64,000 bases of DNA from contig CBDBLV010000004.1 in assembly GCA_965207225.1 (NCBI GenBank), positions 512,001 to 576,000 of the forward strand, in the 5' to 3' direction. Of this stretch, positions 10,053-18,947 are shown piece after piece; the first letter of the stretch is position 1, and each line of letters begins with the position of its first letter. Source of the DNA: Dehalococcoidia bacterium (GTDB lineage: Bacteria > Chloroflexota > Dehalococcoidia > Plut-88900). Position numbers and translations under genes: made by a program. The notes under the pieces are model-generated. The model worked only from the letters and a program-made list of their open reading frames with translations, had not been told where the DNA came from and searched no databases.

Positions 10053-10736
10053 TTGTACATACTCCTAGTCGGGGGAGGCACCCTCTCCCATAACCTCGCC
10101 AAGGACCTCCTGCTGCGTTCCCATGAAGTGCTGATTGTCGAGCGTGATAGGGAGCGCGGCGAAGAGCTGTCTCGGATACTCGGCGATGTGGTATTGCGCG
10201 GTGACGGTTGCGAGGCTTCCGTCCTCGAAATGGCAGGTGCCAGCCGCGCCGACACCCTCATCGCCACCACCCGCGAGGACAAGGACAACCTGACTGCCTG
10301 CCAGGTCGCAAAAGCCAGGTTTCGCATCCCCCGCACCATATCCACCATCAACGACCCCCGCAACGAGCCGCTCTTCAAAAGGCTAGGTGTGGACGTGACC
10401 ATCAGCGTTACGGACATTATCCTCTCCAACATAGAACACCGGATACCGGAGCGTTCCGTAGTGCCGCTCTTTGAAATTGAGGAGTCGGGCGCCGAGCTCG
10501 TATCCGTCAAAATCCCCCCCGACGGCGGAATCAATGGTAAGCGGCTTGAAGATATCACGCTCCCGGAGGGCACAATCGTCACCCTAGTTATAGATAAGGA
10601 CGGTGCCGCCCAGCCCCCCAAACCCGACCTCGTACTCAATGAAGCCGACGAAGTAATCGCCTTGACCTCGTCTGAGGAAAAAGAGACCTTGCGCGCCACG
10701 CTTTCCGGCGAACTAATCCCTAGTTCCGATGACTAA
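10053..10736 (+). CDS. TrkA-family potassium uptake regulator (RCK_N + RCK_C)
   Basis: ILLVGGG, GDGCE, TREDKDN, INDPRN, and a C-terminal TrkA_C domain. Confidence 0.88.
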   Translation: MYILLVGGGTLSHNLAKDLLLRSHEVLIVERDRERGEELSRILGDVVLRGDGCEASVLEMAGASRADTLIATTREDKDNLTACQVAKARFRIPRTISTINDPRNEPLFKRLGVDVTISVTDIILSNIEHRIPERSVVPLFEIEESGAELVSVKIPPDGGINGKRLEDITLPEGTIVTLVIDKDGAAQPPKPDLVLNEADEVIALTSSEEKETLRATLSGELIPSSDD

Positions 10737-11556
10737 GCGCCTCGGGTTCCTCGGCCCTCCCGGTACCTTCACCGAAGAAGCCGCTGTTCTTTATGACTCC
10801 GGCGCCCACCTCGTTCCCCTTCCATCCATCTCTGCCGTGGGCTCCGGAGTCGTCTCCGGCATGGTCGAAGAGGGTGTGGTTGCCATCGAAAACAGCATCG
10901 AAGGCTCCGTCACCGACACCTTGGACCTCCTCATTCACGGCTCGGACCTCGCCATCAAGTACGAGGTCGTTCTGCCCATCCGCCACTGCCTCCTCGTCCA
11001 GCCCGGGGCCCAGGCCAACGACATCAAGGTCGTCTATTCCCACCCCCAGGCCCTGGCCCAGAGCCGCCGCTTCCTCGAAAGGTGCTTCCCCAAGGCACAA
11101 ATGGAAGCCGCCCTCAGCACCGCCGCAGGCGTGGAGGAAGTGAAGAAGAGCGACGGCTCAGCCGCAGCCGTCGCAACCAGGCGCGCCGCCGACCTTTACG
11201 GCGTCCACGTCCTCGCCTCCGACATTCAGGAGACCGTGACCAACGTCACCCGTTTCGTCGTCTTGGCTACCCAGGACCACCCTTCCACCGGCGCCGACCG
11301 CACCTCTCTCTGCTTCTCTTTCGATGACGACAAGCCCGGCATCCTGGTCGAGGTCCTCGGAGAGTTTGCCGGCCGGGGCATCAACCTCGGGAAAATTGAG
11401 TCCCGACCCTCCAAGGACGTCCTCGGCCGCTACATCTTCCTCGTAGACCTCTTCGGCCACCGCCTCGACCCCCCCGTCAAAGAAGCCCTTGACCGCATTA
11501 GTGAAATATCGTCCCGGCTCAGGGTATTCGGGTCCTATCCCCGCTTCACCTCATAA
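10729..11556 (+). CDS. pheA: Prephenate dehydratase
   Basis: FLGPPGTFTEEA, ENSIEGSV, SHPQALAQ, NVTRF, KIESRP, FGSYP. Confidence 0.95.
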   Translation: MTKRLGFLGPPGTFTEEAAVLYDSGAHLVPLPSISAVGSGVVSGMVEEGVVAIENSIEGSVTDTLDLLIHGSDLAIKYEVVLPIRHCLLVQPGAQANDIKVVYSHPQALAQSRRFLERCFPKAQMEAALSTAAGVEEVKKSDGSAAAVATRRAADLYGVHVLASDIQETVTNVTRFVVLATQDHPSTGADRTSLCFSFDDDKPGILVEVLGEFAGRGINLGKIESRPSKDVLGRYIFLVDLFGHRLDPPVKEALDRISEISSRLRVFGSYPRFTS

Positions 11557-11580
11557 CCCGACCAACTGAGCCGAGCGCTC

Positions 11581-11859
11581 TCACCTCGCCCCGGCTTGCC
11601 CCTCCTCCTTTGCCCCGGGGCCCCTCAGCCGCTGCACCATCTCGTTGAGTTCCGCAATCTTCTCGTCCGCCGCCTTCTGACCTTCTTCAAACGCCTCTTC
11701 AAGCTTCTCTCTGAATTCCGTCTGCACATCCTCCCCCGACAGCCCGTCGGGCTCTTTTCCCTCGCCCTGGTACTGGAACTGGGGCGAGGTAGCTAGCACT
11801 ATGGCCGCTCCCGCCGCCCCTCCCATCAGGAACCCGAGAATAAATGCAAACACGCTCAT
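11581..11859 (-). CDS. YtxH-like small membrane-anchored protein
   Basis: FILGFLMGGAAGAAIVLATSP N-terminus with a charged helical tail. AAGGAG SD. Confidence 0.65.
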   Translation of the reverse strand: MSVFAFILGFLMGGAAGAAIVLATSPQFQYQGEGKEPDGLSGEDVQTEFREKLEEAFEEGQKAADEKIAELNEMVQRLRGPGAKEEGQAGAR

Positions 11860-11935
11860 AACTCCTTGTTCATTGGGAAACCGTCAACCCTGGACGCGAC
11901 TCCCACCCGACCCACATCCTCTCCCCGATTAGACG

Positions 11936-12232
11936 CTACTTGCCGGAGAACTTGCTCAGGAATGAAAATGCTTTCTTTGCGCCGGCAGCCACACTCCATG
12001 CCTTGATGAGAGGCCTGATCACTGCGTCAGTGATCATCGTCGAAGACGCTGCCACGTTTCCCAGGGTCACCCGGGTGTTGTCCAAGTTTCCCTTGATCGC
12101 ATCCAGCAGCCCTCCCAGCTTGCGGTACAGCAGGAAGGCAATCAGAATCAGGATAACTACCAGCAGAGTCCCGAGTCCGAAGAAGACAATCAGGACTATG
12201 TCCCTGATAGTTCCTATAACAAGCAGGTCCAC
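11936..12232 (-). CDS. Hypothetical membrane protein (DUF948-like)
   Basis: GTG with GGAGG SD, one long TM helix then an amphipathic region. Lies upstream of the YtxH-like gene. Confidence 0.6.
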   Translation of the reverse strand: MDLLVIGTIRDIVLIVFFGLGTLLVVILILIAFLLYRKLGGLLDAIKGNLDNTRVTLGNVAASSTMITDAVIRPLIKAWSVAAGAKKAFSFLSKFSGK

Positions 12233-12577
12233 GACTAATTCCTCCAAAAAGTCCGGCGAGATGGTAGCACACGCCTTCTCGCCCCGCCAACCTGACCAAA
12301 GGCCTCGAAAATCGTTGGCCGGCATCGGGACGGAGGTATCGCCATCGCATTTGTCTGCTCAGCGAGAAGGCAGGACCCCCTTCACCCGTGCCCCGAGTCA
12401 GAAGCGCCCATCAACACGACGCAGGTCAGGCTTTTGCCCTGTATTCGATCTCCGCATCGAAGCGCGTAAGCACGCAAGGCCCGATTAGAAGAAATATACC
12501 GGTATCCGGGTCCCCGTCCCCGCCTCACAGACCCCCAATCGCTGGGGGCATTGATGTCAGCTGTAGTGACTGAAGAT

Positions 12578-12790
12578 CTAGCGGACCCTGGGCATATGGC
12601 CCACGCCGCTCCCGATCGGCTCGTTAATGAAAACGTCGCCGTTTCGGATCTTCAGGTTGTAGCCGCACTTCGGGTTACTGCACACCCATGCCTTGTATCG
12701 TATCGGGGCTCCCTGGCCACCGAAGTCCGATAGCGGCAACAAATCTCCGCTGCTGCAGGCCTGGCATGTGGGAAATGATTCAGACAACAC
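12578..12790 (-). CDS. Small zinc-ribbon protein
   Basis: CQAC..LLPLSDFG..YKAWVCSNPKC. GGAGGGGAG SD. Confidence 0.75.
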   Translation of the reverse strand: MLSESFPTCQACSSGDLLPLSDFGGQGAPIRYKAWVCSNPKCGYNLKIRNGDVFINEPIGSGVGHMPRVR

Positions 12791-12951
12791 CTCTCGCTCC
12801 CCTCCACATTGTTAATTTTTTTACAAAGTGGCTAGGCTTAAATATACCACCACGCCACCCTGATTTGCAAGCAACCTGGGAAGAATGCCGCCACCTCCTG
12901 CGCCTCCCTCCGATGGCAAACTCTTCGGTACCGCCCCTGGCCCGTTGCCCT

Positions 12952-13530
12952 TCACTGCCCCTTAGGGGTCCGGGCAATGGCATCCCGCACCTCGGGATAG
13001 GCATGCTTGGTCATCCGAGGCGGAATCTTCGGCTTGGGCCCCGAGTCCTCCACCATCAGGCAGACCAGCGTCGGGCCCCGCTTCTCCAGGATTTCCGGCA
13101 GGGTCAGTGCGAACTCCTCTAGTTCATCGAACTCGAAGACATTAGCGTATCCCGCCGCCTTTGCCATCCCTGTGAAGGAGAACTTCCCTACCCCCGGCAG
13201 GGGCTGCGCCCCGCTCAGCCCGTACACATTGTTCTGGTATACGAAATGGACGAAGTTCTCCGGCGCCATGTTGGCTATCGTCACCAGGCTCCCGAGGTTC
13301 ATCAAAAGGCTCCCGTCCGAGTCCACTACCTGCACCTTCAGGTCCGGCCTGCCCAGCGCCAGCCCGAGTCCTATCGACGATGCCTTGCTCATCGAGTTGA
13401 TCAACGGCAGGTGAAACTCCTGCCTGTCCGATATCGAGTCCCAGACCGTATACGGAGTCTCCGTGGTTATCACCACCGAGTCCCCCTGGTTCCGGGAAAT
13501 CACCTTGAGCGCTTCTATGCCGGGTATCAT
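12952..13530 (-). CDS. TPP-dependent decarboxylase beta subunit (ComE/phosphonopyruvate decarboxylase-like)
   Basis: SMSKASSIGLGLAL, TPP motif DSDGSLLMNLG..QNNVYGLSGAQP. ATGA overlap with the upstream gene. Confidence 0.8.
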   Translation of the reverse strand: MIPGIEALKVISRNQGDSVVITTETPYTVWDSISDRQEFHLPLINSMSKASSIGLGLALGRPDLKVQVVDSDGSLLMNLGSLVTIANMAPENFVHFVYQNNVYGLSGAQPLPGVGKFSFTGMAKAAGYANVFEFDELEEFALTLPEILEKRGPTLVCLMVEDSGPKPKIPPRMTKHAYPEVRDAIARTPKGQ

Positions 13531-14036
13531 CCTTGCTGGTACTCCGCTCCAATCAATACGGCCACGGGCTTCGACTTCTCCTGGGTCTCGGAGTACGCCG
13601 TCGATATCCGACCGACGTCCTCGTCCGTCTCCACCAGGTGGTATTCCATCCCCCACGCGCCGAGGATTGGCTCCAGGTACGTCGCCGCCGTGTCCACAAT
13701 CTCACCCTCCCGCTTGAACCCCCGATACCCGATGAATATCAGCAGCGGCAGCCCCACGTCCAGCGCCAACCCCCTCACCGCATCCCCCGATTCGTAGAAT
13801 CCCGTGCTCTGGATCATGCACACCGGCTTCTGCCCCGCCAGGATCAGGCCCATCGCTATGGGGATCGCCTCACCTTCGCGGCAAACCGGCACCAGCTTGA
13901 TGTCCGGGTCTGACGCCACCGCATCATATAGGAACCGGCTCTCCGTATCCGGGAGCCACACAATGTGGCTCACGCCCAGCTTCTTCAGCTCCTCAAGGAT
14001 CGAGGTCGGGGTTAGGGTCTTTTCACCTGTAGTCAT
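13527..14036 (-). CDS. TPP-dependent decarboxylase alpha subunit (ComD-like)
   Basis: IVWLPD, CREGEAIPIAMG, MIQSTG, PLLIFIGYRG. Confidence 0.8.
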   Translation of the reverse strand: MTTGEKTLTPTSILEELKKLGVSHIVWLPDTESRFLYDAVASDPDIKLVPVCREGEAIPIAMGLILAGQKPVCMIQSTGFYESGDAVRGLALDVGLPLLIFIGYRGFKREGEIVDTAATYLEPILGAWGMEYHLVETDEDVGRISTAYSETQEKSKPVAVLIGAEYQQG

Positions 14037-14068
14037 GGTTTGCAGCGTTGCGTCCTTTGCCCGGCGCC

Positions 14069-14437
14069 CTAGTCCGCAGGTATCACCGCCCGACGGTGCG
14101 ATGCGACCCCGATCTTCTTGTCACCCTCGTACGCTTCTATCGAATACGTCAGTTTGTTATTGTCCACTTCCGTCAGCTCCGACTTCACCGTCACCTTCCC
14201 ACCGACAGACGTGGGCGCGATGTGCCGGAGCCTGTCAACGGCGAACCCCACCGTGGTGAAACCTTTGGGCAGTAGGTGGTCCGTGGCCTTGATGCTCGTG
14301 TCTTCCATCAACCCCAGCATTGCCGGCGTCGAAAGCACGTCTGCGCCCTCCTTGCCCGTCCGGTTCGTGGTCAGGTCCTTTGTGACGGTAACTTCTTGCT
14401 CTGCGCTTTGGCCGGGTCGGATTGCACTCAAGTCCAT
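14069..14437 (-). CDS. Hot-dog fold thioesterase (fluoroacetyl-CoA thioesterase FlK-like)
   Basis: VLSTPAMLGLME, TTVG, HIAPT, HRRAVI. Confidence 0.85.
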   Translation of the reverse strand: MDLSAIRPGQSAEQEVTVTKDLTTNRTGKEGADVLSTPAMLGLMEDTSIKATDHLLPKGFTTVGFAVDRLRHIAPTSVGGKVTVKSELTEVDNNKLTYSIEAYEGDKKIGVASHRRAVIPAD

Positions 14438-14504
14438 GGTATCCAGTCCTTCTGCAGATTATTTGGCCCAAACCCCATTTTACAACAGCCCCGCCCCGCC
14501 GACC

Positions 14505-14705
14505 CTACCCCCGACCCCCCAGCCTGTACCTGTAGTACACGTACAACGTCACCAATGCCGTCGGGATTAACAGGATGATTGCACCCAGGATCAGTACCGC
14601 CGCCCATCCATCCACACCGAACATCGTGTCGATCCGGTGCATTATGGCGTCCAGCAGGTCGGGGTCGATAGCCCCTTCATGGTGGGCCGTGATAATTGGA
14701 AGCAA
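14505..14705 (-). CDS. Small hypothetical membrane protein
   Basis: TTG with GGAGAG SD and one C-terminal TM helix. Fills the gap in a co-directional run. Confidence 0.55.
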   Translation of the reverse strand: MLPIITAHHEGAIDPDLLDAIMHRIDTMFGVDGWAAVLILGAIILLIPTALVTLYVYYRYRLGGRG

Positions 14706-14720
14706 AGTCAGGTCTCTCCG

Positions 14721-16043
14721 TTAGGAGGCCAGCGCTGGCTCGGGCTCCTGGTACCTGATCGAATATTTCTTTTCCCGGATCGTGAAGGAGGATAGCGCAG
14801 CCGGAATTAACATCAGCCCTACAATAGCGAAGGGAATGAAGTAGCTTCCGGTCACGTCTCTCATCTCGCCGCCAAACTGCACGGCTGCCGCACTGCCAAT
14901 CTGGTGGGCCAGGAAAGCAATACTGTTCATGGTTCCCAGGCTCCTCAGCCCGTAAACGTCTGCAGTCAGTGAAGTCGTCAGCGGCGCGGTCGCCCACCAC
15001 GAAAATCCCCCGATACCCACGAAAGTCCATATCCCCCATCCCCCCGGCAGCAACAGCAGCGCCGCATACCCCAACCCCCTGGTCGCATATACCAGCGCCA
15101 GCAGGTTCTTCCGACCCATCTTGTCCGAGATCAGGCTTATCCCCACCAGCCCGAATATGTTCAGCCCGTTCATTATTCCGAAGGCCAGCGCCGCCGTGGA
15201 TTCGGTGACTCCCTTGTCAACCGCGTATGGCACGAAGTGAGTCCCCATGATTGCCGTGGTTGCCCCACAGACGAAATACGCCCCGCACATCTGCCAGATC
15301 GGCGCCGACCTCAGCGCCCTCCTCCAGGACTCCGTCTCCAGCGGGCCCTTAGCTTCAACAGCCTGCAGTTTCCGGTTCCGCCCCACTTGCCGCACTGGCT
15401 CGGCGTCTCCGTCGGGCTGCAGGCCCATCTTCTCGGGGCTCTCCCTGAAGATGAAGAAAGCCGCCGGCAATGCGAATATCAGAATCAGCGCTCCCAGCAC
15501 CACCCAGCCCGTGCGCCAGTTGGTCGTCGATATCAGGTACTGCGTGAACGGCACCAGCAGCATCCCGCCAATCGAAGCCCCGGCCATGCTGATTCCCAGC
15601 ACCGTCGCCCGATGCTTCCGGAACCACTTCGCCAGCATCGCCCCGGTTATCGGGTCCCCTGCACCGCTAGTCGCAACCGCCTGGACAATGCCGTACATCG
15701 CGATCAGGAAAACCAGGTGGAAAGTCTGCATCAGCAGCAGCATGGACACGCCCAGGATAATCAGGCTGGGGACAACTACTCTCCGGGCCCCGTATCGGTC
15801 GTATACCCGGCCCAGGAACGGCTGTGAAAACCCGTTGACCAACAGCCCGATCGAAGCGGCCAGCGAGATCTCGCCCCTGTCCCAGCCAAAGTCCGCCTCC
15901 AGCGGTAGGATGAATACGGTAAAGCTACTCCGACCCCCGATTGACACGAAATTGATTAGCAGGCACACGCCCACGATGAGCCAGCCGTAGAACAGCGGAC
16001 TGCGGGAGTCTCTGTCAGTCGGTGTGATGGTGCCTTCAGCCAT
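14721..16043 (-). CDS. MFS transporter
   Basis: FYGWLIV N-terminus, GRVYDRYGARR, ISDKMGRK, about 12 TM helices. Confidence 0.92.
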   Translation of the reverse strand: MAEGTITPTDRDSRSPLFYGWLIVGVCLLINFVSIGGRSSFTVFILPLEADFGWDRGEISLAASIGLLVNGFSQPFLGRVYDRYGARRVVVPSLIILGVSMLLLMQTFHLVFLIAMYGIVQAVATSGAGDPITGAMLAKWFRKHRATVLGISMAGASIGGMLLVPFTQYLISTTNWRTGWVVLGALILIFALPAAFFIFRESPEKMGLQPDGDAEPVRQVGRNRKLQAVEAKGPLETESWRRALRSAPIWQMCGAYFVCGATTAIMGTHFVPYAVDKGVTESTAALAFGIMNGLNIFGLVGISLISDKMGRKNLLALVYATRGLGYAALLLLPGGWGIWTFVGIGGFSWWATAPLTTSLTADVYGLRSLGTMNSIAFLAHQIGSAAAVQFGGEMRDVTGSYFIPFAIVGLMLIPAALSSFTIREKKYSIRYQEPEPALAS

Positions 16044-16167
16044 AATCAAGTCGTGGGAACGGCGTCAGATTACCACCCCCCTGGCGTAATTGGCAAAGAG
16101 CAATCCACCTTAAATACACGGACGCCATCACCCCCGACTGTTCCGTAATTCCCGCCTCGGCGCGGGG

Positions 16168-16490
16168 CCGCTCGCCCTGAGGCCCCTCGAAGAGCCTGCC
16201 CCTGCGAAGGCAGGGGGTCAAGCGGGGGGTGGCCCACCCCCCGACAACCCCTCACTTCCATCCATCGCCAACCCCCGCCCCTCTCTGTCATTCCGATGCC
16301 CTGCGAGGAATCTGGGGCGGGGTGGGTGGTCCCCCTCCTCCCTCCAGTACTGAACTAGAGGCAGACGTGGGTGCGCTGCACCCACGTCTGCCTCTGTTCT
16401 TCTCTCCCCCTCTCCCTTATAGGCCCTAAGGGAGAGGGGGAGAAAGGGGGTGAGGGTTCCCCTGGGGGGTTGGGGGGTATTCCCCCAAAA
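16168..16490. repeat. Cluster of REP/MITE-like palindromic elements
   Basis: CCGCTCGCCCTGAG..TCGAAG element (also at 55892), CGGGGGGTGGCCCACCCCCCG, an 18-bp perfect stem at 16357-16395 and a 17-bp perfect stem at 16403-16443. Confidence 0.7.
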
Positions 16491-16507
16491 CCCGTGCCCA
16501 AAAGCCC

Positions 16508-16576
16508 TTGACTTCTATTACACCCGTGCTAAACTGTTTCACAGTTCGAACTGATATTCAGTAACTTAAGGAGGAA
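16508..16576 (+). promoter_or_regulatory. Promoter-like element with dyads and an orphan SD
   Basis: TTGACT-N16-(TGc)TAAACT, dyads AACTG-tttca-CAGTT and ACTGA-tat-TCAGT, then TAAGGAGG with no start codon following. Confidence 0.45.
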
Positions 16577-17235
16577 CCAAAAACCCAGGGAAGCCCCGAG
16601 ACCCAACCCGAGGACTCAACGCCCTAGCCCATCCCAATGCCTCTCCCCTCCCATAGGGAGGCGACCGGCCAATCGCTCCCCTTGCGAGACAGGAAGGTTG
16701 CGGCACAAGCGAAAAGCGCCATCTCCTCACCTCACGGGTCCCCGTGTCCCTTCCCTGACCCACCAGGCGATGGATGGTCCATCGACTCTATGCGGCATCA
16801 GGCCTCTCTATGACGACGCCCTTGCCGATACGACGCCCCTTACCCAGGCGTATACGCCTCGCCGACTTAACCCTCGCCGAGGAATTCCGCGAGTCTTCTG
16901 ACTCGTTTTCCAGGGCCTTAGTGCCCTTATGCGGCTCCTCCCGCCCACGGCGGCTTCGAGCCGATATGCCGTCTCGTACAGCGGTCGAGCGCTGATGCCG
17001 GACGGATGTGCCCCGCGCAGAGACGCCCTCGACGCCGGCAAGTCTCCCAAGGCATGCGTGTAGGGAAAGGCAGGACAGCCGCCGATGCCACAAGCGTCAG
17101 CGTAGGTGCCAAAGAGATCCTGCATCTGAGTCCTGGACCTTCCATCGCCGACCCCCTCCAAAACAGACAAAATGCAAACCCAAACCCCACAACCGAACAA
17201 CACCTCCCCCACCGTCATCCCCGACTTACCCACCT

Positions 17236-17340
17236 GTCATTCCCGACTCCGATCGGGAATCCATCCCGAGGGGCGGGGTCGGGTTCCCGTAGGGACGACC
17301 CGCCGGTCGCCCTCCCCAGTGAGGAAGGTGAGGGTTCCCT
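17236..17340. repeat. REP-like palindromes (GTCATTCCCG-type and GTAG-type)
   Basis: GTCATTCCCGA-ctccga-TCGGGAATCC and GTAGGGACGACC-cgcc-GGTCGCCCT. GGTGAGGGTTCCC is shared with 16449-16461. Confidence 0.65.
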
Positions 17341-17591
17341 CCCCGTTCCTTAAACAATCAAAGCCGTGCCTGAAACTGCAAAACAATCAAACACCCGCCC
17401 CTCCCTCTTGCCCCTGCACCACGCGAAATCCCCAGAAATCCCTTTAGGCGTCATTCAATCAAACCAGCTATGAGTTCAATCAAAACTCCACCCCCGCAGC
17501 GGACGACTCCAAGAGGCTCACCCACCCCTCCCAACGTGATAACCTACCCGCAGGAAGTCTGCGCAATGCAAGCAGACCGGAGGTGCCAGCC

Positions 17592-18938
17592 ATGACCACC
17601 ACGAGACCCGCCTTCCTCACCGATACCTACGCCGGTTACCACCACCGTGACGTCCCGACCGAAGACATCGACCTTACCCACGTCGGCCCCGGCACTCCCG
17701 CGGGTGAATACCTCCGACGCTTCTGGCAGCCCATCGCCCATTCCAATGACCTGGAGGACCTGCCCGTGAGAGTCCGCATCCTCGGCGAAGACCTCGTCGT
17801 CTTCCGGGACGGCGCCGGGCGGGTCGGGCTGCTGGAGCTGCACTGCTGCCACAGGGGGACATCCCTGGAATACGGCAAGATCGAGCCGGTCGGCATCAGG
17901 TGCTGCTACCACGGCTGGCTCTTCGACATATCCGGCAAAATCCTGGAGACCCCCGGCGAACCCGAGACCAGCACCCTGAAAGACCGTCTCTACCACGGCG
18001 CCTACCCCGCACACGAATATAACGGCCTCGTCTTCGCCTACATGGGCCCTCCCGACAAGATCTACCCTTTCCCCATCTACGACGCCTACACCGCGCCCGG
18101 CATGTCCCTCGCAGTCGGGACCGGGAACTCGAAGGACTGCAACTGGCTCCAGGTAATGGACAACGTTGTCGACCCCGTCCACGAGGCCTTCCTCCACGCT
18201 CGCATCAGCAACGTCCAGTTCACCGACTCCGAAGGTAAGCCAATCGATGCCCTCCTCGACGTTGGCGCCTTCGACGTTCTGGAGTCCCCCATCGGCCTCA
18301 TGTGCTGCGTAACCCGCCGCATCGACGGCCACATCTGGTCCCACAACGTCGAGTACATCGCCCCCAACATCGCCCACATCCCCCTCCCCCCCGACCTCCC
18401 CCTCAAGTACAACGAGGGCCAGGACCAGGTCTGCATTTACCCCACCCTCTTCCGGTGGCGCGTCCCCCAGGACGACACTACGACATTGGAATTCACCTTC
18501 ACCCGCACCCCCGAAGGCCAGGTCGACGAGTACACCAACAACCCCGAGTTTGCCACCATGGCCCAGAACGCCGGCGCCGCTCGGCCCTACGAGGACCGCC
18601 AGCGATTCCCCGCCGACTACGACGCCCAGGTCGGCCAGCGCGAAATCGCCGTCCACGACCTTGAGCACCTCGCCACCACCGACAGGGGCGTGATAATGAT
18701 GCGCCGTATGATCCGAGACGGCATCCTCGCCATCGAACAGGGACGGGACCCCGTCGGCGTCTTCCGGGACCCCCCACCCGACCCCATCCCCACCTACGGC
18801 TACGAGACCTCCGCCAAAATCCCCCCCGCCCCCACCCCCGAACAAGACGAGAAGCTCATAAAGGAGACTGGCTTGAACTTCGCTAGAAGCTACCTTTCCC
18901 AACCCCCCGCCCAGTCCCCCTGTTTGAGAATCCAGTAG
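17592..18938 (+). CDS. Rieske non-heme iron oxygenase alpha subunit (phthalate 4,5-dioxygenase/LigXa-like)
   Basis: VGPGTPAGEYLRRFWQP, Rieske CCHRG..CCYHGW, mononuclear Fe DNVVDPVHEAFLH, EHLATTDRGV. Confidence 0.92.
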   Translation: MTTTRPAFLTDTYAGYHHRDVPTEDIDLTHVGPGTPAGEYLRRFWQPIAHSNDLEDLPVRVRILGEDLVVFRDGAGRVGLLELHCCHRGTSLEYGKIEPVGIRCCYHGWLFDISGKILETPGEPETSTLKDRLYHGAYPAHEYNGLVFAYMGPPDKIYPFPIYDAYTAPGMSLAVGTGNSKDCNWLQVMDNVVDPVHEAFLHARISNVQFTDSEGKPIDALLDVGAFDVLESPIGLMCCVTRRIDGHIWSHNVEYIAPNIAHIPLPPDLPLKYNEGQDQVCIYPTLFRWRVPQDDTTTLEFTFTRTPEGQVDEYTNNPEFATMAQNAGAARPYEDRQRFPADYDAQVGQREIAVHDLEHLATTDRGVIMMRRMIRDGILAIEQGRDPVGVFRDPPPDPIPTYGYETSAKIPPAPTPEQDEKLIKETGLNFARSYLSQPPAQSPCLRIQ

Positions 18939-18947
18939 AGCCCATCT

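Noticed and set aside
12380-12530. Minus-strand frame reading YISSNRALRAYALRCGDRIQG, reminiscent of the Rho RNA-binding domain
   Set aside because: Short, no credible SD, and no flanking Rho similarity. Probably chance.
16547-16560. CGAAC-tgat-ATTCA as a Gram-positive/Chloroflexi-type LexA box
   Set aside because: Mismatch in the GTTC half-site and no identifiable SOS gene downstream.
16957-16990. GAGCCG..CGTAC..CGGTC resembling group II intron domain V
   Set aside because: Pairing, length and GNRA loop do not fit DV. No domain VI, GUGYG 5' end or RT ORF.
16566-17447. Several 60-140 aa ORFs in the large intergenic region
   Set aside because: Pro/Arg/Gly-rich translations of palindromic repeats with no SD-start pairing or recognisable domains.
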